Shown: positions 45,532 through 54,477 of the stretch, piece after piece
How positions within the stretch are numbered: position 1 is the stretch's first letter
Layout of the letters: the number at the start of each line of letters is the position of its first letter
IMG/VR virus record: IMGVR_UViG_3300043418_000072
Coordinates: 186,001 to 250,000 of that record
DNA length: 64,000 nt
Reading direction: 5' to 3' (one strand)
The notes under the pieces: model-generated
Database searches by the model: none
What the model was told of the DNA's origin: nothing
Seen by the model: the letters and a program-made list of their open reading frames with translations, nothing else
Position numbers and translations under genes: made by a program

Positions 45532-47103
45532 TTAACCGAAGTAGTTGATGTTGTATTTAAGGATGGCGTTAGTGCCTGAAGATGTTGTTGTGTAGGTAAT
45601 AACGTTTGCGTTACTTACGCTTAGTAATACGCCTACTGAAGTTCCAGTTACTGTGTAATTATCAATGAAACTTGCGCCAGTGGTGCCGTCGTGTGCAAAC
45701 ATCAATGTACCAAATCGTTGAGCTGCACCGCGGGTAATAGTATACGACACGCTGCATCCGTTGATCAAGTTTACGTTTGAACTAATGAACGTCGGGGAGT
45801 TGTCTAATAGAACAGCATATCCGCCAGTGCCAATTGTGTAGGTACCTACAGATACTCCTACGTTTGCTTGGATAGCAATATTCTTGGCATTGTTAAAGCT
45901 CAAACGAGGAACTGTTATATTATCAGCATCATTGCGATCAAAGATGTCATTTGCGCTAGTGTTGCCGTTTGCAATAAACGAAATAACAGAAGCTACAGGT
46001 GATCCAGAACCAGCAAAGTTGTTACCGACATCAAGGAAGTGGTTGCCGCCACTTAGCACGCCAGTGACGTTTGCATAGCAGTCGATTGCATTGTTTGCAA
46101 CGCTGGCAAAAATGCTGTTTAGAATTTTGTAGTTGCTTGGGGTAGTTGCAACGCTTGCACTATTCTGGCCTAACTTTAGACCTTTGTACAAGCCAACAAA
46201 TAAACATCCGTTCATTCTCACGTCGTTGCTAGCGTCGTCGCTCAATGCTGCATAACGTGTATTCTTAAATTTGCACGACCAGAAGTTGATATTCTTAGTA
46301 GTTGCCGCAAACGAATTGATTTTTACGCCTGCGTATGCTTGACTACCAGCAGTAGTTGGACTGCTTAGGCTACCAAGGAATTCAACACCAAAGAACGTCA
46401 CGTGCTCTGCGCTGTCGATTGCCACAATGTCGCGATCGCTTGTGGTGGCCAATGTCATGTTTTCGATTGTAATGTAACCAGGCAATGTTGCACTGTTCTG
46501 CCCCAGTGTTGCACCAGTCTGGTACATGCTATCTGTGAACTGGAACAGCGAAGATTGTGAGCCATCGGTTTGTTTAATAATTGTGCTTTCGATCCCGTCG
46601 CCAGTAAATCGAACGTATGGAGGAATTAAAATACTTGCACCAGTTACTTTGTACGTACCTGCAGGGAAGAAGATTGTTCTACGCACTTGCGGATAGTTTG
46701 ACAAACGAGTAGTCAAGTAGATTTGCTGAATTGCACGGTTAATAGCCGCAGTGTCATCTGCAATGCCATCACCAACTGCGCCAAAGTCCTTGATGCTAAC
46801 AATGTCATCAAGTTTATCTTGAATTGTGCGAACAATAGGACTTAGTGGACTTGTGGTAGTCTGTGCAGTGTATCCGCCAGCATTGCCTTTGAACGTGTAG
46901 TTCTTTAAGACTGCTGCAAAGTCAGTGTACTGAGTTAAAATCTCAGTTGCACCTTCGGTCGGAGCACCTTCTGCTAGGGTTCCGTTACCGATGTATAACT
47001 TACGTGTATCAACACTCCATGCAAACTCTGCGCTTGCTAGTGCTGGTAAATCTTGTTGTAGGCCTCTACGTGCCTGAATTCTCGAGATTTGGACTACTGC
47101 CAC
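45532..47103 (-). CDS. virion protein with a pectate-lyase-like beta-helix (tailspike/baseplate)
   Basis: RIQARRG...LASAEFAWSVDTRKLYIGNG; VSIKDFGAVGDGIADDTAAINRA, FFPAGTY. Confidence 0.85.
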   Translation of the reverse strand: MAVVQISRIQARRGLQQDLPALASAEFAWSVDTRKLYIGNGTLAEGAPTEGATEILTQYTDFAAVLKNYTFKGNAGGYTAQTTTSPLSPIVRTIQDKLDDIVSIKDFGAVGDGIADDTAAINRAIQQIYLTTRLSNYPQVRRTIFFPAGTYKVTGASILIPPYVRFTGDGIESTIIKQTDGSQSSLFQFTDSMYQTGATLGQNSATLPGYITIENMTLATTSDRDIVAIDSAEHVTFFGVEFLGSLSSPTTAGSQAYAGVKINSFAATTKNINFWSCKFKNTRYAALSDDASNDVRMNGCLFVGLYKGLKLGQNSASVATTPSNYKILNSIFASVANNAIDCYANVTGVLSGGNHFLDVGNNFAGSGSPVASVISFIANGNTSANDIFDRNDADNITVPRLSFNNAKNIAIQANVGVSVGTYTIGTGGYAVLLDNSPTFISSNVNLINGCSVSYTITRGAAQRFGTLMFAHDGTTGASFIDNYTVTGTSVGVLLSVSNANVITYTTTSSGTNAILKYNINYFG

Positions 47104-47123
47104 GATATTTTCCTTTAATAATA

Positions 47124-47804
47124 CTATTTATTGCACCACACACGTTTACCATTAACTACTTTCCAGGACTTTCCGGTACAACCGTTATCAACAACAATTT
47201 TACCTCTTTTGTTTTCGTAAGAGGGTAAGACAGGCATATTAGCTCTGCGTATTCTCCAACCTTTTGTTTGTTTTTGGAATAGTCTACTAGACGGATTGTT
47301 TAGCGTAGTTGGCATAGATTTGTCTACGCCATTATCCTCGCACCATTTACTAATATTGTGTACATATACCTCAGTTGGATCATCCACCTTGCTTACATAC
47401 CACCCTTTTGCACGAGAATTAGCTTGTTTTACCAATATGTCTTTCTTTTGTACGTCGGTTAAATTTTTAAACCATTTGTTGCGACCAGCAAATTTATCAC
47501 CCGGTCTTCGTAAGGAATAATCAATAAACTTGCTCAAGTCCCCGCCTTCTCCGCCTGATGCTAAGTTGTAGCTCAGTGGATCTGATGTAGCTTTAGTTTG
47601 ACTGATCCAAAATTTTTCTCTCAGTGATAGCTCGTCTTTAGAGGTACACGTTTCTAAAATAATCTTTTCAAAATTGTCTTTTCCGTACTTAGTAATGGCT
47701 TGTGTAATGAGTTTGCCTGACCCATAATAATTTGGGTTGTTGGCCATATCTTTACCTATGTACCATTTTCCGTTGATCTTATTAATAGTCTTATAAATTA
47801 TCAT
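47124..47804 (-). CDS. GIY-YIG homing endonuclease (Seg-like)
   Basis: IIYKTINKINGKWYIGK, YYGSG, E.FWI, YNLASGGEGG; ATAAATA 5 nt before ATG. Confidence 0.9.
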   Translation of the reverse strand: MIIYKTINKINGKWYIGKDMANNPNYYGSGKLITQAITKYGKDNFEKIILETCTSKDELSLREKFWISQTKATSDPLSYNLASGGEGGDLSKFIDYSLRRPGDKFAGRNKWFKNLTDVQKKDILVKQANSRAKGWYVSKVDDPTEVYVHNISKWCEDNGVDKSMPTTLNNPSSRLFQKQTKGWRIRRANMPVLPSYENKRGKIVVDNGCTGKSWKVVNGKRVWCNK

Positions 47805-47840
47805 ACAGATATTTATCTAATAATCTGTACTATAGGCATT

Positions 47841-48551
47841 TTAGCTAGAGAGGTAATACATCTCTACACGTTTCATCCACTCTTTGTCCCAATGTGCAAA
47901 CTCATCGCCTTCGATTACATATTCGGTATAAACCGGCTTGTCTAGTTCGCCATTGGGCAATGTAGTTGGCTGTTGAGCCATTAAAATAACGCCAGTGTTG
48001 ATTTCTGTGCCGTGAGTGTGATTGTGTGCTGCGGCGTATGCTGCTAGCTGAATAAAGTAATCGTCGATCCACTCACGCTTCTTAGGCTTGTTAGTTTGCT
48101 TAAAGTCAAGGATAGCAGGCCTGCCCTTCCATACGCCAATGCAGTCGGTGGTACCTGCATATAACCCACTATAATAAAGTGGAACTTCTGTGCCCCAAAA
48201 CTCGTCTACGTTTTGCAGCCCTTGCAGAATGACTTCGGCGGCCATAAACCAGCTAGGCTGGGCAAAGGGGTTAGAGGGCAGTTCCTTCATGTCACCTGTT
48301 AAGATGTACTGCTCTAGGTAACTGTGCATACGTGTACCGCGGTTAGCAGCTTCTGTCACAATCTTTTGTGCTTGCTGCTCGCCTACACGCTTTTTCCAGT
48401 TAGCAAGGACTGCTTTCTTTTCCTCGCTCTTGGTACGGTCTAGGATAGTAGTAACGCTAGGTACTTTGCTGCCGTCGGGTAAACAATAATGACGTTTGCC
48501 TTCTAGCGTTTCTCTGCTTAATGGTGAATATTCATATGGTGATGTTAACAT
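47841..48551 (-). CDS. PD-(D/E)XK (Cas4/RecB-like) exonuclease
   Basis: PSVTTIL, RGTRMH, E..L, AGTTD, ILDFK, QLAAYA; sigma70 promoter TTGACT..TATAAT just upstream. Confidence 0.9.
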   Translation of the reverse strand: MLTSPYEYSPLSRETLEGKRHYCLPDGSKVPSVTTILDRTKSEEKKAVLANWKKRVGEQQAQKIVTEAANRGTRMHSYLEQYILTGDMKELPSNPFAQPSWFMAAEVILQGLQNVDEFWGTEVPLYYSGLYAGTTDCIGVWKGRPAILDFKQTNKPKKREWIDDYFIQLAAYAAAHNHTHGTEINTGVILMAQQPTTLPNGELDKPVYTEYVIEGDEFAHWDKEWMKRVEMYYLSS

Positions 48552-48597
48552 GTTGCAATTATAACAACCAGTAGTCAGATAGTCAATAAATATTTTG

Positions 48598-49347
48598 ATG
48601 AAATTACTTATAAGTGGGTGCAGCTTTACCCAATGGCCCGAGACACCGGGCGGACTCAATACGTGTTGGCCCCGTTACCTAAACGAAATCAATCCCGACC
48701 TAGACATTACCACTATTGCCGAAGCTGCGGCTGGCAATCAATATATCGCAGACAGCGTTATACACAAGGTCTTAGAGAATCCTGGTGCGTATGACCAAGT
48801 GTTGGTTATGTGGAGTGGTGTGAGCAGACTAGATTTCCTAACCGACGTTACTGATCCGGACTGGAATGCCTTATACGACAGCTACGGTTTCTATCGCAGA
48901 ATGGATAACCAAAAGCTGGGTTACATCTTTAGCGGTGGGCAGATGGGCACATGGTATAAGAATCCTGTTGCACATAAGATGTTCTATGAGCAGTACAAGG
49001 TATCTAGTGAATTGAGCTTGGCAATGATCAACTTAATGGAGATAGTTAAGCTGCAAAGCTTCTTGGAGAGCAAGGGCATCAAGTACAAGTTTATGAGTTA
49101 TGTAAACTACTGGACTGATGGTAAGAATATTAGCCCCAATGGCGACTTTGGTGTTACAGGATTCCCCGAAGTTCAGCATCTGTTACGTGAAATCAAGTTT
49201 GATAACTGGATCTTTACAAACGATGCCAAAGACGGGGTCTACGAATTAGCTAAGAGTATGGGAAGTTTTATGGATGACAAGTTTCATCCAGGCCCTGCTG
49301 CACATGCTGCGTGGGCCGGAATTGTTAACCAACGATTGTTGAGTTAA
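48598..49347 (+). CDS. SGNH hydrolase/acyltransferase-like protein
   Basis: GCSFT block I, AAGN block II, WSG..R.D, D.FHP block V. Confidence 0.7.
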   Translation: MKLLISGCSFTQWPETPGGLNTCWPRYLNEINPDLDITTIAEAAAGNQYIADSVIHKVLENPGAYDQVLVMWSGVSRLDFLTDVTDPDWNALYDSYGFYRRMDNQKLGYIFSGGQMGTWYKNPVAHKMFYEQYKVSSELSLAMINLMEIVKLQSFLESKGIKYKFMSYVNYWTDGKNISPNGDFGVTGFPEVQHLLREIKFDNWIFTNDAKDGVYELAKSMGSFMDDKFHPGPAAHAAWAGIVNQRLLS

Positions 49348-50410
49348 TTACTTGAGTGATACGGGATGCTGGCCATTCAGTCCAGTCCCGTGTCATTAAC
49401 AGTTGAAAGTTATGTTCAACAATAGGCTTGATCTTGGCATAGATAACATCTTGATCTTGCTCACAAAGCCACTTAACCTGCTCAAATGCGGCAGTATAAC
49501 GCTCGTTATCGTCTTTAATCAAGTCATAAGACTCGTCAATTACTCCATCAAATGTTTTGAAGCCCAATGCACGTAGATTGTGCATAAACTTGTAACCTGT
49601 AAAGGCAATAAACAGTCGACGACCAATCATTGGCTTGGCTGTCTTCTCGGTGAAGCAGCTTAGTGTGTTATCAAAGTCAGTTTCTGCAATGATACTGTAT
49701 GCTGTTTCGTTGAATGTCTTGATAGGAATGATCTGACTTAGGTGTACACGTTGCCCGCAATAGTCTGCCCAGTCGGCAGTGCCAATGGTTTGGCCAATTG
49801 GCGTTGTTCCTTCTTCCCAGATAAAATAATCCTTGGCATAGAATTCGCCTTCTTTCCAGTCGCCACCGTAAGTCATTACAACTTTGTCATTTAACTGGTT
49901 ATCGTTAACTGCCTTAAACACAAAGTCTCTATGTGGCTTGGGACTGCCTAGCAAGGCATCGAAGTACTTGGGCTTGGTAGCAGAGTAGTTGATGTGCATT
50001 ACTTTGTCGGGCAATGCTTTGTAAATGTTCGCAGTTGTTTTAAACCAGTCGCCCCAGCATAGGATGTGACTGTTAATGTCATCTCTGTCGTTTACTGCAC
50101 CGGGTAGCATCCAGTAGACATTGTCATGATGACATTGGTCCCAAATTTGCCAATGGAAGTTGTGCAATTCGCTTTCAAAGGTGAAAACTAAATCACTAAT
50201 GTAACTTAAACGGTTTATCTTATCTTCGAATCCAACGTAGGCTGTGTCAAAGTCACAGTGTAGTCGGTGTGTAGTAAATGCTATCTTAGTGTCAACTTGT
50301 GCTGCTTCATATTCGTCAATGCTGTGACAAATTGTGTATGGGCGGTTGAACTGTATTTTTGGAAGCCACTCTAAGTCAATAATCTGACTATCACTGTAAA
50401 CTAGAATCAT
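49325..50410 (-). CDS. phage glycosyltransferase-like protein (family member 3)
   Basis: FDALLG..KPHRD, SQIIP, IIAET...TEKTAKPMIGRRLF, GFKTF..VIDESYD; closest to 7427. Confidence 0.55.
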   Translation of the reverse strand: MILVYSDSQIIDLEWLPKIQFNRPYTICHSIDEYEAAQVDTKIAFTTHRLHCDFDTAYVGFEDKINRLSYISDLVFTFESELHNFHWQIWDQCHHDNVYWMLPGAVNDRDDINSHILCWGDWFKTTANIYKALPDKVMHINYSATKPKYFDALLGSPKPHRDFVFKAVNDNQLNDKVVMTYGGDWKEGEFYAKDYFIWEEGTTPIGQTIGTADWADYCGQRVHLSQIIPIKTFNETAYSIIAETDFDNTLSCFTEKTAKPMIGRRLFIAFTGYKFMHNLRALGFKTFDGVIDESYDLIKDDNERYTAAFEQVKWLCEQDQDVIYAKIKPIVEHNFQLLMTRDWTEWPASRITQVINSTIVG

Positions 50411-50783
50411 TCTTTGCTCGATAATTTTCAATTGCTGCTTTGATTGCATCCTCAGCTAAGATGCTACAATGGATTTTAACTGGTGGTAGAGCTAGCTCGC
50501 CTGCGATCTCACTGTTTGTGATGCTTGCTGCTTCGGACAGACTTTTTCCTTTAACCCACTCAGTAACCAATGAGCTGCTTGCAATAGCACTCCCGCAACC
50601 ATAAGTCTTAAAACGTGCATCGGTGATAATTCCATTCGAGTCTACCTTTATTTGTAATTTCATTACGTCGCCACAAGCGGGTGCGCCAACCATACCAGTG
50701 CCAACATCGCTGTCCTCACTCGCAAAAGAACCCACATTACGTGGGTTCTCATAGTGATCAATTACCTTGTCTGAATATGCCAT
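50391..50783 (-). CDS. iscU: Fe-S cluster scaffold IscU
   Basis: YSDKVIDHYENPRNVG, APACGDVM, FKTYGCGSA, LPPVKIHCS. Confidence 0.98.
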   Translation of the reverse strand: MAYSDKVIDHYENPRNVGSFASEDSDVGTGMVGAPACGDVMKLQIKVDSNGIITDARFKTYGCGSAIASSSLVTEWVKGKSLSEAASITNSEIAGELALPPVKIHCSILAEDAIKAAIENYRAKNDSSLQ

Positions 50784-50813
50784 ATAAGTCCTTTATGGAC
50801 AACTATAACAGAT

Positions 50814-51236
50814 TTAGCCACGGTTTCCTAGTGCCCTGTTAGCCATACTGCTAACAGTTTTCTCAGGAGCAGTTTGTGCTCCGTCTTCTGCACCAGGAGT
50901 CGATTCATCACCGAAACCGTCATCACTAAATGTAGCCAAGTAAACGTACTTAACGCCGTTTTCGTCGTCTTTAATATCTGTGATTAAGTTTTTGATTGTG
51001 TCGTTGCTCTTACGTGCAGACTCTAGTGCATCTGCGTTAAACGATTCACCACCTGGTAAACGCTTAACTAGATTAACTAAGCTGTCAACACGTACCTTAG
51101 GGACTGAATGCCCGTGAGCACGATTACGTAATTCTTCAAGAGCTGTGGCTAAGACGCTATCTCCACGAGTTTCTGCCTCGTCTTCGATCATTGCGCCTAT
51201 GCCGCTGTCTTCAACAATAATTTCTGCGAATCGCAT
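50814..51236 (-). CDS. putative head-associated protein
   Basis: MRFAEIIVE leader; C-terminal V.SMA.RA. Confidence 0.65.
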   Translation of the reverse strand: MRFAEIIVEDSGIGAMIEDEAETRGDSVLATALEELRNRAHGHSVPKVRVDSLVNLVKRLPGGESFNADALESARKSNDTIKNLITDIKDDENGVKYVYLATFSDDGFGDESTPGAEDGAQTAPEKTVSSMANRALGNRG

Positions 51237-51919
51237 TAGCGTACTTCTCTGCCTAAGTCGGCTGTACCGCCAGTTGCTGCATCGCTGGCACCGAAGTCTG
51301 CGCCTTGGTCCATGTCACTCATTTCACCGTCAAGACCGCCGTCCATGCTTGGACCTAAGTCTGCGCCGCCCATGCCCATATCTTGGCCCATGTCTTCGCC
51401 GGCTAAGCCACGTGCTGCTGAATCAGCAGTTTCGCGACCTTGTTGTAGTGTTTGTGCCAAATTGCCTAGCAATGGGCTAACTGCGCTCTTAAAGCCGTCA
51501 GCTTTTTCAATGCCAATTTGGTCACGGATTGTGTCTAACAATGCAGGCAACTGCTCGTTCTGCATTTTGCTGATTTTTTCCAACATGTCTTGGATGCTAT
51601 CAACCATGTCTTTTGCAGCTAAGATAGCTTCAGACTTGGCCATTTCGCTTTCGTTGATCAACTGTTGTTTGTTGTCACGCATCCAGCTGTGTAGGCTCTC
51701 ACGTACCATAAGCATTTCCATGTAAGATGGATTCTTTTCAGCGGTGTGAACGCCGTGTGTGCTCTTAATCTTGTTTAGGCTTTCGCTGATAGCAGTTGCC
51801 ATCGTGTAAGCCTTCTTGAAGGTTAAGTTTGCATAGTCAACTTGGAAACCAAAGCGGCTTTCCATGACTTTGTTCATTTGTTTTGCGGTTGGCTTAGCGC
51901 CCATTTCGTTTAATCTCAT
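51236..51919 (-). CDS. putative prohead core/scaffold-like protein
   Basis: MRLNE and QLINE sites; helical core; acidic Gly/Met-rich tail. Confidence 0.6.
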   Translation of the reverse strand: MRLNEMGAKPTAKQMNKVMESRFGFQVDYANLTFKKAYTMATAISESLNKIKSTHGVHTAEKNPSYMEMLMVRESLHSWMRDNKQQLINESEMAKSEAILAAKDMVDSIQDMLEKISKMQNEQLPALLDTIRDQIGIEKADGFKSAVSPLLGNLAQTLQQGRETADSAARGLAGEDMGQDMGMGGADLGPSMDGGLDGEMSDMDQGADFGASDAATGGTADLGREVR

Positions 51920-51924
51920 AGTGG

Positions 51925-52452
51925 TTATTCCCAGATACCTTTTAGATATTTAGCCTGATTTAAAGTTTTTTCAAGATCTATTTTAGCTAGATCTAACATG
52001 ATACTATTATCTGTTATTCTAGCATCTAATACGTCAACTGTAAACATGTCATCGCGCTTAATTGCTCGATTTCTGTTGTGTACGTAATAGATTTTATCCT
52101 GTGTTAACTTACTTAGTGTCGTATCGTTTCGGTATAAATTCTGTGCTTGCTTCAAGCGGCCAGTTTGATATAGCAACGAGTACGTCACAGCGGATTGTTT
52201 GCAAGTAAACGTGGCCATCAACTCAGTGAAGTCGTTGAATAGTTGCCAGACACCTGCTGACTGTTTTATAGAGTGCTTACCAACTTGCCATCCATCCTTA
52301 GTGGGGATGATCAAGGGTTCGCTTTTTATTAGTTTTTGAGTTTCATTTTTAGTCCAGGTTTTGACATATTGTGCAGCTAAATCTACTGCTACCATTGCCT
52401 CGACTATTTGCCCATTAGTTATGGGATTTTTTCTTGTACGTGATTTGGCCAT
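51925..52452 (-). CDS. conserved hypothetical protein
   Basis: Clean ORF in a late operon. Confidence 0.7.
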   Translation of the reverse strand: MAKSRTRKNPITNGQIVEAMVAVDLAAQYVKTWTKNETQKLIKSEPLIIPTKDGWQVGKHSIKQSAGVWQLFNDFTELMATFTCKQSAVTYSLLYQTGRLKQAQNLYRNDTTLSKLTQDKIYYVHNRNRAIKRDDMFTVDVLDARITDNSIMLDLAKIDLEKTLNQAKYLKGIWE

Positions 52453-52627
52453 CTTGATTCTTTCTCAACAATACATCTTTGTTGACTAATTGATTTGCAA
52501 TGTGAATTTCGCGCTCGTTCAGGTCGGCCCGTTTAATTATTTCGTGTTCATTAAATTTGCCCAACACATCCGCTTCTTCGTTTGTGATGGACAATCTAAT
52601 GTGATTTAATAGTTCAACAATTTTCAT
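52415..52627 (-). CDS. small winged-helix-like protein
   Basis: ITNEE...L.ERE..IANQLVNKDVL.R. Confidence 0.6.
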   Translation of the reverse strand: MKIVELLNHIRLSITNEEADVLGKFNEHEIIKRADLNEREIHIANQLVNKDVLLRKNQDGQITYKKKSHN

Positions 52628-52881
52628 TTGTTGACGAAGTTAACTAGCACAACAACAAAACCGGAGATCAACACGCCAATGATTGCTGTACCAATAGTGA
52701 TAATTGTTTTGTTTGATGCGTCAGGAGCAGCGGCAAGCGATTCTTTAATACTCACGATTAAATCCTCAACGCGACTCATTCTTTCATCAAGACTGTTTAG
52801 CTTAGTGTCCAAATTCTTATACCTTTCAGCACATAATTCTACGTGCGCTTCAAGATTCTCTTTTTCAATTTCCGTCGCCAT
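52624..52881 (-). CDS. coiled-coil protein with a C-terminal TM segment
   Basis: LEAHVELCAERY coiled coil; TM at C-terminus; AAGGA RBS. Confidence 0.7.
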   Translation of the reverse strand: MATEIEKENLEAHVELCAERYKNLDTKLNSLDERMSRVEDLIVSIKESLAAAPDASNKTIITIGTAIIGVLISGFVVVLVNFVNK

Positions 52882-52912
52882 TGCGATATTCCTTATTTGT
52901 TAATCAGATAAC

Positions 52913-52973
52913 AATGCTGTTGAGTGTGCCAAAGTGTGTGCCATAAAAGAGTGCCTGTGTGTGCCGTAGCATT
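52913..52973 (-). repeat. four GGCAC repeats enclosed by an AATGCT/AGCATT stem in a late-gene leader
   Basis: GTGCC on the plus strand at 52926, 52938, 52951 and 52961; inverted hexamers at 52913-52918 and 52968-52973. Confidence 0.7.
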
Positions 52974-53418
52974 AAATATTATTTAAGTCTATTGCCAGGT
53001 TTTTAAAGTACACATTTTTTATCGCGCCATGCGGATAAAAGATAGGCAACATAAAACGAGCTGTTTCTGCCAATCCGGTTACAACAGGAATTTGTTCAAA
53101 GTCAGTTTCTAGGCCACCTTGTGGATTGTCTCCTACTAGGAAAACGTCTTGGTGCTCAATTGCAAAGGTCCAGGCCCATATTTTATGTCGCCCTTGGTAG
53201 TATTCCCCAAAGTTCCAACCATCTGCTAGATTACTTTCTGTGCAAATTGGACCATTGATCATGAGAGGCTGAGTTCTAAGACCCATTGTCTGCAATACCG
53301 TTTCCCAGTTACGTTGCTGATTTCTTTCAAACTCTTGCTCAGGTCTATAGCGGGTCACACCAGTGGCAGTAATGTCCACTAGTGTGTATCCTGTATAAAA
53401 CTGTAGTTCTCGGTTCAT
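52972..53418 (-). CDS. conserved late hypothetical protein
   Basis: TLVDITATG...RNQQRNWET..Q..GLR.QP; ATAAATA 5 nt before ATG 53418. Confidence 0.75.
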   Translation of the reverse strand: MNRELQFYTGYTLVDITATGVTRYRPEQEFERNQQRNWETVLQTMGLRTQPLMINGPICTESNLADGWNFGEYYQGRHKIWAWTFAIEHQDVFLVGDNPQGGLETDFEQIPVVTGLAETARFMLPIFYPHGAIKNVYFKNLAIDLNNI

Positions 53419-53437
53419 GTAGATATTTATGTCCAAC

Positions 53438-53462
53438 AAAAAAGGCAGTATAAAACTGCCTT
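53438..53462 (-). terminator. intrinsic terminator
   Basis: AAGGCAGT/ACTGCCTT stem followed by a T run on the minus strand. Confidence 0.8.
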
Positions 53463-53481
53463 CGTTGCTGAGTGTTAACTC

Positions 53482-53925
53482 TTATGCTAGCTTTAAGCCG
53501 CCTGTACTAGCAACTGATACGCTAGACACAGTGCTGTTACCGTATACACCAAGTTGTGTAATGTTTGCACGAATATATGCTTGCAATTCTGCATCTGTCC
53601 ATGCACTGTGTTCTACTAATGCGCTTAGTTGATTGCTGCCGCTTTCAACTTGGTATGCCACAACAGTGTTACGTTGTTGAATCACTCCGAGCATCTGCGA
53701 TACTAAACCAACGTTACCTGTTGTACGGTTAATGCCGCTTTCAAGAGTTAAGTTGCTTGCAGCATACCCGCCAACACCTGTAATCTTATATGCAGTGATG
53801 CGGCCACTCATGCCAGGTGCAATAATGCCAGTGGCAGTACGTGCTGAGCCGTCTGTGTTACTATCAATGTCTGTTGCAACTACTGCGGTTGCATCGCCGT
53901 TTACTTTTAATGCGCCTAAGGCCAT
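53482..53925 (-). CDS. putative virion structural (decoration-like) protein
   Basis: Own late promoter, GGAG RBS and terminator; MALGALKVNG shared with its neighbour. Confidence 0.6.
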   Translation of the reverse strand: MALGALKVNGDATAVVATDIDSNTDGSARTATGIIAPGMSGRITAYKITGVGGYAASNLTLESGINRTTGNVGLVSQMLGVIQQRNTVVAYQVESGSNQLSALVEHSAWTDAELQAYIRANITQLGVYGNSTVSSVSVASTGGLKLA

Positions 53926-53961
53926 GTTATATCTCCAATATACTATATTTAGTTAGCCATT

Positions 53962-53986
53962 AAAAAAGGCTCCTAAGAGCCTTTTT
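53962..53986. terminator. bidirectional intrinsic terminator
   Basis: AAAAAAGGCTC-CTAA-GAGCCTTTTT. Confidence 0.85.
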
Positions 53987-54005
53987 GTTTTCACTGCTTA
54001 AAATA

Positions 54006-54404
54006 TTAAGCGAATGTGAATGTACCAGCGCCGTTCAACACGCTAGATGAAGTAACTGTCAAGTTACCAGCACCCATGCCTGTTGCAGATGCAACTGCAT
54101 CCTTCAAAGCACCGTAAGCACCAGATGTTGTTGCACCTGCGCCTGCGTTGAATGTAGCAGCATCAACAATAACACACAAAGATGCGTTAGTTTGTGCGCC
54201 TGCCCATACGATAGAACCCAATGTTTCTACTGCACGGATACCTTGGTCGTAGCCACCTTCAACCAATGGTGCAGATTGACTTGTACCACCTGTTGCTGCT
54301 GTGAAGCCAGACTGGCTGTCAGCAATTTTAAGAACCAATGGTTGGTAACCTTGGAACGCACCTGCGGCTGCTTTGCCGTTTACTTTTACTTGTCCTAATG
54401 CCAT
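54006..54404 (-). CDS. putative virion structural (decoration-like) protein
   Basis: MALGQVKVNG; Ala/Gly/Thr-rich; own promoter and terminator. Confidence 0.6.
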   Translation of the reverse strand: MALGQVKVNGKAAAGAFQGYQPLVLKIADSQSGFTAATGGTSQSAPLVEGGYDQGIRAVETLGSIVWAGAQTNASLCVIVDAATFNAGAGATTSGAYGALKDAVASATGMGAGNLTVTSSSVLNGAGTFTFA

Positions 54405-54477
54405 TTTAAATTTCCTTTAATGAATGGGCTATACGCCTCATGTAAATATTTATCTCTTTGAGAAAAAGACTGGCTAT

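Noticed and set aside
47841-48551. Cas4-like gene as evidence of a CRISPR-Cas system
   Set aside because: Stand-alone PD-(D/E)XK exonuclease common in T4-like phages; no Fe-S Cys cluster, other cas genes or array
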